Shown in pieces: positions 17,351-24,661 of a DNA stretch of 48,954 nucleotides (the stretch's first letter is position 1; each line of letters begins with the position of its first letter). The translations under genes and the position numbers were made by a program. The notes beneath the pieces were generated by a model. That model had not been told where the DNA came from. It did no database searches and saw only the letters and a program-made list of their open reading frames with translations. Source of the DNA: an uncultured Candidatus Saccharibacteria bacterium (GTDB lineage Bacteria > Patescibacteriota > Doudnabacteria > UBA920); NCBI GenBank assembly GCA_964592725.1, contig CAZQFQ010000003.1, positions 1 to 48,954 of the forward strand, given 5' to 3'.

Positions 17351-17452
17351 GGCGTCATTCTGAGTCCCGAATGCATCTGAGGGGCGAAGAATCTCTTCCT
17401 TTACCTAAGATGAGATCCTTCGCATCGGATGCACTCCGCTCAGGATGACGCC
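17351..17452. repeat. GTCATCCTGAG...CGAAGGATCTC palindromic element
   Basis: GGCGTCATTCTGAG..CGAAGAATCTC..GAGATCCTTCG..CTCAGGATGACGCC. A half copy lies at 17732-17773. These repeats supply the first and last codons of the ORF-track call 17440-17754. Confidence 0.75.
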
Positions 17453-17754
17453 GACTGTGATTGCTGGTTATTCTTTTTAATTAAATAGGCAAACAGCTTG
17501 CCCGGGCTCTTTACATCTTTCCCTTCCAAAACCTGGCCCATCAGGCTCCTTAAAAAATTGTGGTCATACAAAGTGGCCATTTTTAAATAAAAGCCAAAAT
17601 GCTTTTTATCGTTCAGCTTTACCGACAGCTCATCGGCCAGCAAATGAGCGGGGGAGTGGAGGTGGGTATCCTTCTTCGGTTTTGCCGATGAAAATTTGGC
17701 AATTTTTCCTATGGATTCCATAAACCTCTCCGGCGTCATTCTGAGGCCTTGCAT
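17440..17754 (-). CDS. hypothetical protein
   Basis: 104-aa ORF. Residues 1-11 and the last 4 residues are encoded by flanking repeat copies, so the likely true start is MESIGK at 17721. Confidence 0.5.
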   Translation of the reverse strand: MQGLRMTPERFMESIGKIAKFSSAKPKKDTHLHSPAHLLADELSVKLNDKKHFGFYLKMATLYDHNFLRSLMGQVLEGKDVKSPGKLFAYLIKKNNQQSQSASS

Positions 17755-17833
17755 TCCGGCCGAAGAATCTCTTAATTAAGCTTATTCAAATTATACAGTA
17801 TTTCAACTAATTTGGCTATCAAATAAGGCTAAA

Positions 17834-19177
17834 ATGCGATATAATTTAAGTATGACGAAATTTGACATCGCCGGATTAAAAGTTGATTCCATTACTAAAA
17901 AAGAGCTGATTGACGGAATTATCAGCCGGATAAAAAACGGACAAAAGACGTTCGTTATAACGCCTTATTCCGAATTTCTTTACCATGGTTTTCAGGATCC
18001 AAAACTTTTGGAAATTTTTAACCAGGCCGACTTTTCCGTGGCCGACGGGATTGGTTTGTTTTGGGCCAAACGGTTTTTGGATATACCGCTCACGGCTAAA
18101 AGCTATTGGGGAAAAGTTTTCCAATCCGCGTGGCAAATAGCATATTCGCTTGCCGCGATAATATTTAACCCGCGATGGATTAAATCGGCTTTGCCGGAAA
18201 AAATAGTGGGCGCGGATTTGATTTGGGACTTGGCGGAGATAGCCGCGAAAAATAATCTATCAATTTTTCTTTTAGGCGGATTTAACGACACAGCCCAAAA
18301 AACCGCCCTGCAGCTAAATATCTATGCTAGTAAAAAATGCGGCCGCATTTTAAACCAACAATGGTCAAATAAAAATCCGGATGATTTATCAGTAATTGAG
18401 GACATAAACAAATCAAACTCCGATATATTGTTCGTTGCCTATGGACCGACGCGCCAGGAAAAATGGATCGCGGAAAATTTGCCGAAGCTGAATGTCAAAT
18501 TGGCCATTGGCCTTGGCGGAACCTTTGATTACATAGCCGGCAAAAAATCGACGCCTCCCGAATTTATCCGCTACTCCGGCCTGGAATGGCTCTGGCGCCT
18601 GATAACCCAACCCTACCGCGCAAAAAGAATTTTTCACGCGACTTTTGGTTTAGCTTCCGGGCTTTGGCATTATAAAGTTTTTATGAGTCTGCCTTACCGA
18701 CCAAATGCAATTTCTATAATTTTAAATGCCCAGAACGAACTTCTTGTTGCTTTAAGAAATCCACACGACAAAGACCTAAAAGATATCGGCGATTTAGATA
18801 CAGTAAAATTTCAGAATTATTGGCAATTTTCCCAAGGCGGTATTGAACGGGGAGAAAACTTGGAGGGAAGTGCCAGACGTGAGATTTTTGAAGAACTTGG
18901 CATCAAAAACTTGAAGTTTTTGTTCATCTCAAATAGAACTTCGAATTACGTTTGGAAAAACGCGCTACGTCCATTTTTCAACATCTATCATTACAAAGGC
19001 CAAGAGCAACAAATACTTTATTTCAAATTTACCGGAGGTGAAAGCGAAATAAAAGTCGATAATCAGGAATTTATACAATACAAATGGGTTGATCTTTGGG
19101 ATTTAAATAAAATAGTGCATCCCGAAAAATTCAATATAGTAAAAATTGTCCAAGAAGACTTGAAAAATCTGCTTTAA
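17834..19177 (+). CDS. fusion protein: WecG/TagA/CpsF-family glycosyltransferase (GT26) plus C-terminal Nudix hydrolase
   Basis: The N-terminal ~270 aa have GT26 blocks (VADGIGL, FLLGG, YGPTRQEKW, GLEWLWRLITQPYRAKR). The C-terminus has a complete Nudix box GGIERGENLEGSARREIFEELGI. Confidence 0.75.
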   Translation: MRYNLSMTKFDIAGLKVDSITKKELIDGIISRIKNGQKTFVITPYSEFLYHGFQDPKLLEIFNQADFSVADGIGLFWAKRFLDIPLTAKSYWGKVFQSAWQIAYSLAAIIFNPRWIKSALPEKIVGADLIWDLAEIAAKNNLSIFLLGGFNDTAQKTALQLNIYASKKCGRILNQQWSNKNPDDLSVIEDINKSNSDILFVAYGPTRQEKWIAENLPKLNVKLAIGLGGTFDYIAGKKSTPPEFIRYSGLEWLWRLITQPYRAKRIFHATFGLASGLWHYKVFMSLPYRPNAISIILNAQNELLVALRNPHDKDLKDIGDLDTVKFQNYWQFSQGGIERGENLEGSARREIFEELGIKNLKFLFISNRTSNYVWKNALRPFFNIYHYKGQEQQILYFKFTGGESEIKVDNQEFIQYKWVDLWDLNKIVHPEKFNIVKIVQEDLKNLL

Positions 19178-19209
19178 ATTGCTAGAATAATAGGACAAAT
19201 AGGAATTAT

Positions 19210-20733
19210 TTGACATATATGGCCGAAAAAAAACCATCGATTAGAACCCGCTTTGCCCCCAGCCCCACCGGGTTTGTTCATATTGGCAGTTTGCGAACCG
19301 CGCTGTTTGCTTTTTTATTCGCCCGCCACAACGGCGGCACAAATTTATTGCGGATTGAAGACACTGACCAAAACCGGCTAGTTGAAGGATCTTTGGAAAA
19401 TATGCTTTCGGTTTTTCAAAAAATGGGCATAACATTTGATGAAGGCCCTTATGTTGAAAACGGCTCTATAAGGCAAAAAGGTGGATTCGGCCCCTATATC
19501 CAGTCCGAGAGAAAAGCCAAGGGGATATACCAAAAATACGCCGAACAGCTCGTAGCAGAAAAAAAGGCTTACTACTGTTTTTGCAGTGAAGAGCGTCTGG
19601 ATGAAATGCGCAAAGAGCAGACCGCTTTAAAAAAGCCGCCGATGTATGACCGCCGATGCAGGAATTTATCCGCCGATGAAGTGCAAAAACAGCTGGCAGA
19701 ATTTAAGGCGGCCGGAAAAAATCCGGTAATCCGTTTCGCCATTCCTTTGGAAGGCCGTACTGTTATCCGTGATTTGATTTACGGCGACATAACTTACGAA
19801 AATAAAATTTTAGACGATCAGATAATTTTAAAAGCCGACGGTTTTCCTACATATCATTTGGCCGTCGTGGTGGACGACCATTTTATGGAAATTACCCACG
19901 TAATCCGCGGCGAGGAATGGATACCTTCCACACCCAAGCATTTACTGATTTATCAGGCGCTTGGATGGGAGCCAACGCAATTCGCGCATCTGCCTCTGAT
20001 TGTAAATCCAGATAAAACCAAATTAAGCAAACGCCAGGGCGACGTGGCAGTGGAAGATTATTTAAAAGCGGGATATTCCCCCGAAGTGCTCATAAACTTT
20101 ATCGTTCTGCTCGGCTGGAACCCGAAAACCGAACAGGAAATTTTTTCCCTGCAACAGCTTATTGAACAATTTGATTTGGCGAAAGTGAACAATTCCAACG
20201 CGGTGTTTGACAAAAATAAACTGGATTGGATTAGCGGACAATACATTAGGACAAAATCGGAAAAAGAACTTGCCGAATCACTTAAACCATTTTGGCAGGA
20301 GGCGGGGATTGACGTTACAAAATACAGCGAGAAATATTTACAGGCCATTGCCGGCTTGGAAAAAGAACGCCTAAAAAAGCTTTCCGAGATAGGGGAGAGG
20401 ACTAAGTATTTTTTTGAGGCTCCTGATTATGACGCAAATATGTTAATTTGGAAAAAGTCAGAAAAGGTGAAAACCAAACAAGCTTTACAGGATTTGGCAT
20501 ATTTATTTAACTCCATCGGCGATTTTTCTAAAGAGAATCTGGAAACCGAGATTAAAAAATTTATTTCGGAAAAAAAATACGACAACGGCTCAGTTCTTTG
20601 GCCGCTTAGGGTTGCTTTGACCGGACTTGAAAAAAGTCCCGGTCCTTTTGAGGTTTGCGCCACGCTGGCTTTAGGCTTAGGCAAGGATGAAATTTTAGAA
20701 AGACTAAATACGGCTATAATAAAATTAGAGTAG
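19210..20733 (+). CDS. gltX: glutamate--tRNA ligase
   Basis: HIGH motif (PTGFVHIGSLR), KLSKRQG (KMSKS) and class I Glu/Gln blocks. ATG at 19219 is the likelier start. Confidence 0.95.
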   Translation: MTYMAEKKPSIRTRFAPSPTGFVHIGSLRTALFAFLFARHNGGTNLLRIEDTDQNRLVEGSLENMLSVFQKMGITFDEGPYVENGSIRQKGGFGPYIQSERKAKGIYQKYAEQLVAEKKAYYCFCSEERLDEMRKEQTALKKPPMYDRRCRNLSADEVQKQLAEFKAAGKNPVIRFAIPLEGRTVIRDLIYGDITYENKILDDQIILKADGFPTYHLAVVVDDHFMEITHVIRGEEWIPSTPKHLLIYQALGWEPTQFAHLPLIVNPDKTKLSKRQGDVAVEDYLKAGYSPEVLINFIVLLGWNPKTEQEIFSLQQLIEQFDLAKVNNSNAVFDKNKLDWISGQYIRTKSEKELAESLKPFWQEAGIDVTKYSEKYLQAIAGLEKERLKKLSEIGERTKYFFEAPDYDANMLIWKKSEKVKTKQALQDLAYLFNSIGDFSKENLETEIKKFISEKKYDNGSVLWPLRVALTGLEKSPGPFEVCATLALGLGKDEILERLNTAIIKLE

Positions 20734-20830
20734 GGACAGGACTTGCCCGCCCGCTTACCGATGAGAGGTCGGCTGAGGCCGGCCCCTACAAATATGACAT
20801 CAGACCTTTTTGTTGGTATAATAACAGCAA

Positions 20831-22126
20831 ATGGAACGGCTTTATGAGACCAAAAGAAACACAAAAATTGCCTTAGGCCTGATTATTGCCTTATGTTTAG
20901 GCTTGACTTTCAACTTATCGAACGCGGACACCGCATCCGACCAGCTAACCGCCAGCCAGCAAAAATTACTGCAAATCAATCAGCAAATAAGGGGCTATCA
21001 ACAGCAAGTCGCCGACACCCAGGCTAAATCCAGTTCTTTAAAAAATGAGGTTTCAATTTATAACGACCAAATTTCCTCGCTGGAGCTGGAAATTGAGGCT
21101 AATCAAACCCAAATTGAAGATGCCAATTTACAAATTACGCAACTCCAGCAGTTAATCGACGCAAAGAGCCAGGACATTTCGGATAATAAAAACGTACTCG
21201 GACAGTTGATAGTCGAGCTCAACGAAGACGACGACCAATACGCCCTGCAAACCAGCGTAGGCAGTAATAGCCTTTCAGATTTTTTGGACCAAATCCAATA
21301 TACTCAAAGTCTGCAAAATAAAATTTATCAGCTGGTGGAAAAAATCAAAAATCTAAAAACCCAGCTCCAAACACAGCAGAATAATCTGCAAATACAAATA
21401 ACCCAGTTAAACCAATCGCAGGATCAGTTGCAGGTCAGCCAAAATTCTTTAACAACCATACGGGACCAAAAGCAACAGCTGTACAATGAAACGCGCGGCC
21501 TGGAAGTAAATTTCCAAAAACTTTTGGCTTCCAGCCAGCAGGACGCCGTTGATTTGCAAAAAGAAATCCAGCAGCTGGATTCACAGGCCACGGCCAAAGT
21601 AGGTTCAAACGCGATTACAGGAACACCGGGGCTTCTGGCTTGGCCGATAGACGGAATCATTACCCAGGGTTACGGCAACACCGGTTTTACCGCTTTGGGA
21701 TACGATTTCCACAACGGTATTGATATTGCCGGTCCGCCCGGGCAGCCGATTTACGCCGCGGCCGACGGCGACGTTTTATATACCGATGAGAGCGACGCGG
21801 ACTTTGGCAACTGGGTGGCGCTTAAAAGCACAATTACCACCGCCAAAGGTCCGGCAAAAATTGTGACGCTTTACGCGCATATGGAAAGTTTCAAAGTCCA
21901 GGTCGGCCAGCATCTTTCACAGGGGGATTTAATCGGTTACGAAGGCAACACCGGTAATACGACGCGTTTACTTTACGGCCCCGAAAGGGGATACCACCTG
22001 CATTTTGGCGTTTATGATGCCACGGGCTTTGGGGTAAGCCAGGGAGCATATACCAAAGTTTACGGCGATTATAAGGTGCCTTATGGATATACTTACAATC
22101 CTCTTGACTTTTTAAGCCCGGATTAA
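20831..22126 (+). CDS. secreted coiled-coil protein with C-terminal M23 (LytM-type) peptidoglycan endopeptidase domain
   Basis: Signal/TM segment, about 230 aa of Gln-rich coiled coil, then HNGIDIAGPPGQPIYAAADG and HLHFGVY M23 motifs. EnvC-like layout. Confidence 0.85.
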   Translation: MERLYETKRNTKIALGLIIALCLGLTFNLSNADTASDQLTASQQKLLQINQQIRGYQQQVADTQAKSSSLKNEVSIYNDQISSLELEIEANQTQIEDANLQITQLQQLIDAKSQDISDNKNVLGQLIVELNEDDDQYALQTSVGSNSLSDFLDQIQYTQSLQNKIYQLVEKIKNLKTQLQTQQNNLQIQITQLNQSQDQLQVSQNSLTTIRDQKQQLYNETRGLEVNFQKLLASSQQDAVDLQKEIQQLDSQATAKVGSNAITGTPGLLAWPIDGIITQGYGNTGFTALGYDFHNGIDIAGPPGQPIYAAADGDVLYTDESDADFGNWVALKSTITTAKGPAKIVTLYAHMESFKVQVGQHLSQGDLIGYEGNTGNTTRLLYGPERGYHLHFGVYDATGFGVSQGAYTKVYGDYKVPYGYTYNPLDFLSPD

Positions 22127-22154
22127 AATTAAATTCTACTTTTATAAATCACTG

Positions 22155-23006
22155 ATGCCGATCAAATTCAAAACCCTTTTTCTCTCCCTGCTCCTGGTTG
22201 AACTCCTTTTTGCCTATGCTCCGGCCTTTGCCCAAAGCCCGTCGCCGGATTACAGCAAAGCCGGGGTATCCACGCAAATTGAAACCTATCTCTGCAATCC
22301 CACCGATACGACCGGGGGGATCCTGTATAAATGCATTAACCAAATTTACAAATTTGCCATAGTGGTGGCCAGCGTTATGGGCGTGTTCTTTATTGTCATT
22401 GCCGGCTATGTTTATATGTCGGCCGAGGGCAACAGCGAATCCACAACCAAAGCCAAGGACATCTTAGTTAGCACCATCACCGCTTTGGTCATCCTGTTTG
22501 GCGGCTACGCCTTGCTCAACACCATCAACCCCGACCTGGTCCAATTCCACGGCAATACCTTACAGCCGGTGAATATTGCGGCGCCGGCAGTAACAACGGG
22601 AATTACTACGCCTTTAGCAGGTTACAATATTGGTGCATATGATGCCGGTGAGCCCCAACAAGCCGTTGCCGTAACCTCCATATATAATAGACTTTTGGCA
22701 TTAAATCTGTCTACGGCAGATCAAATGACGCAGTATATGAATAGCTCAGCCCAAGGTATCGGAAAAAGCGGGAGTCCAATTACCGGGCAAATGGTTCTAA
22801 GTGCCTCTTCTGCCACAAATGTTGACCCTAAAATGGTTATGGCGATTATGGAAGAAGAAAGCCATTATGGAAGCGATGGGGCAAGCACCGCAGTTGCTAA
22901 TTTTAACCCGGGAAATATACAATCAGGAAATTCTGACATAAATTACGGTAATTGGCAGGCGGGAGTAAATGCGGTAGCTAATTGGCTTAATGGCCATAGG
23001 GCTTGA
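22155..23006 (+). CDS. TrbC/VirB2-type pilin-like N-terminal module fused to a GH73/lysozyme-like C-terminal domain
   Basis: Signal peptide, Cys pair, two TM helices (FAIVVASVMGVFFIVIAGYVYM; TALVILFGGYALL) and NPDLV. The C-terminus VDPKMVMAIMEEESHYG..NFNPGNI..NYGNWQAGVNAVANWL fits a glucosaminidase-type muramidase pattern. Confidence 0.55.
   Translation: MPIKFKTLFLSLLLVELLFAYAPAFAQSPSPDYSKAGVSTQIETYLCNPTDTTGGILYKCINQIYKFAIVVASVMGVFFIVIAGYVYMSAEGNSESTTKAKDILVSTITALVILFGGYALLNTINPDLVQFHGNTLQPVNIAAPAVTTGITTPLAGYNIGAYDAGEPQQAVAVTSIYNRLLALNLSTADQMTQYMNSSAQGIGKSGSPITGQMVLSASSATNVDPKMVMAIMEEESHYGSDGASTAVANFNPGNIQSGNSDINYGNWQAGVNAVANWLNGHRA
22167..22597 (+). repeat. 431-bp exact direct repeat, copy 1 (5' module of the pilin-like genes)
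   Basis: Base-for-base identical to 23438-23868 by direct comparison of the printed sequence. Confidence 0.9.
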
Positions 23007-23419
23007 ATTTTATGACCAACAAATTAAAAATAACAATTATAGCCCTTAGTGTTTTAATATTTTTGGGGATTTTAGGAATCTTCCTTGTTTTGATATCGAA
23101 CAAAAATAACTCTGCGCAGACTGCACAAACTTATTCTTCTTATACTTTTTCGGCCACGGAATTTGACAAAATCGTTACAGAAAAAGTAACGGCCAATGGG
23201 CAAAACATACCGATAAACTCTGATAATTTAAATCAATACGGGATTGTGACCTTTAACACCCCCCATGACATTATGTGGGTTTTGTGCCCTAATGGCTATA
23301 AACAAAGCAATCCGACCAGCTCAACTAACAACAGACCCGACCTGGTCCAGGATGTAGGATCTACTATTGATATCACAGAAGGCGTTCAAAACAATTTAAC
23401 TGTAACTTGCAGCAAATAA
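23003..23419 (+). CDS. small membrane-anchored protein between the two pilin-like genes
   Basis: 138-aa ORF. ATG at 23012 is the likely start (MTNKLKITIIALSVLIFLGILGIFLVLI). Extracytoplasmic domain has 2 Cys and no known motif. Confidence 0.5.
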   Translation: MNFMTNKLKITIIALSVLIFLGILGIFLVLISNKNNSAQTAQTYSSYTFSATEFDKIVTEKVTANGQNIPINSDNLNQYGIVTFNTPHDIMWVLCPNGYKQSNPTSSTNNRPDLVQDVGSTIDITEGVQNNLTVTCSK

Positions 23420-23425
23420 ATCTTT

Positions 23426-24301
23426 ATGCCCCAAACCTTCAAAACCCTTTTTCTCTCCCTGCTCCTGGTTGAACTCCTTTTTGCCTATGCTCCGGCCTTT
23501 GCCCAAAGCCCGTCGCCGGATTACAGCAAAGCCGGGGTATCCACGCAAATTGAAACCTATCTCTGCAATCCCACCGATACGACCGGGGGGATCCTGTATA
23601 AATGCATTAACCAAATTTACAAATTTGCCATAGTGGTGGCCAGCGTTATGGGCGTGTTCTTTATTGTCATTGCCGGCTATGTTTATATGTCGGCCGAGGG
23701 CAACAGCGAATCCACAACCAAAGCCAAGGACATCTTAGTTAGCACCATCACCGCTTTGGTCATCCTGTTTGGCGGCTACGCCTTGCTCAACACCATCAAC
23801 CCCGACCTGGTCCAATTCCACGGCAATACCTTACAGCCGGTGAATATTGCGGCGCCGGCAGTAACAACAGTAACTCCGGTCACAACCGCATGCAACCAAA
23901 CTTTTGGAGGTAGCGCATCTGTGGGATGTAGCGGATCAAGCTGCGTGAATGTATCATCTTATACTTCTAGCCATGACTGCAGTAGTAATGGGGGAGTATG
24001 TCTGCTTTCCCAGCAAGCCGCTCAAAAAGCCCAAAATCTCATCAATAATTTTAACCAAGCGGGGGCCGGTTGTACTTTAAAAATATCAGCAGCAATTGAA
24101 AGCGCCACAGGACCCAGTATTTCTTCTTGTCATAGTAACGGAACTTGCGCTGATTTTAACCTAATACCCTACAATTCCACCTGTGCACAGGCATTTTATA
24201 ATGCGGCTCAAGCCGCTGGCGCAGTTTCACTTTTGGATGAATATGTCCCAGCTTGCGTAGCCGGCTCGACCACAGGGGGAAATATCCACGTAAATTTTTA
24301 A
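23426..24301 (+). CDS. TrbC/VirB2-type pilin-like N-terminal module fused to a Cys-rich LAS/M15-like (D-Ala-D-Ala peptidase fold) C-terminal domain
   Basis: The N-terminal 148 aa are identical to 22155-23006 from residue 5 onward. The C-terminus has SSCHSNGTCADFNL (SxHxxGxAxD) and a terminal GGNIHVNF, consistent with a zinc peptidase of the LAS/M15 type. Confidence 0.5.
   Translation: MPQTFKTLFLSLLLVELLFAYAPAFAQSPSPDYSKAGVSTQIETYLCNPTDTTGGILYKCINQIYKFAIVVASVMGVFFIVIAGYVYMSAEGNSESTTKAKDILVSTITALVILFGGYALLNTINPDLVQFHGNTLQPVNIAAPAVTTVTPVTTACNQTFGGSASVGCSGSSCVNVSSYTSSHDCSSNGGVCLLSQQAAQKAQNLINNFNQAGAGCTLKISAAIESATGPSISSCHSNGTCADFNLIPYNSTCAQAFYNAAQAAGAVSLLDEYVPACVAGSTTGGNIHVNF
23438..23868 (+). 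repeat. 431-bp exact direct repeat, copy 2
   Basis: Identical to 22167-22597. Confidence 0.9.
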
Positions 24302-24470
24302 TTTTATATGCCAAAAAGCAGATCACACAGCCACTTCTTAAAAAAGGAAGCGGTTTTTTTGATTTTAATTAATCAATGCCGCAATTAAAAAGGCTTTATA
24401 AATATATGAAGTCGCATAACCTACATTGAGCGCCCTCATAGATATCTAATTTTCCACAACTCCCTATAAA

Positions 24471-24502
24471 AATAAGCCATCCTTTATAAGGGTGGCTTAT
24501 TT
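24471..24502. terminator. bidirectional stem-loop terminator
   Basis: AATAAGCCATCC-tttataa-GGGTGGCTTATT, flanked by A-rich sequence on the left and T-rich sequence on the right. Lies between convergent genes. Confidence 0.6.
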
Positions 24503-24661
24503 GTTGTTTTTTCCTTATTTATTTGTTTTAACGAAATATTTTATTACGTTATTAGAGTTTTGATAATATTTTCTTTTTGCTCTGGCAATTTTAATCCCCT
24601 GCTTACATACTTTTAACTTCTTAAATTTATCTTGTCGTGTTAAATTGAAAGTTATGCTTAA

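Noticed and set aside
22149-23614. Two nearly identical minus-strand ORFs (22149-22343 and 23396-23614)
   Set aside because: They are antisense shadows of the duplicated 431-bp module. Their identity simply reflects the repeat.
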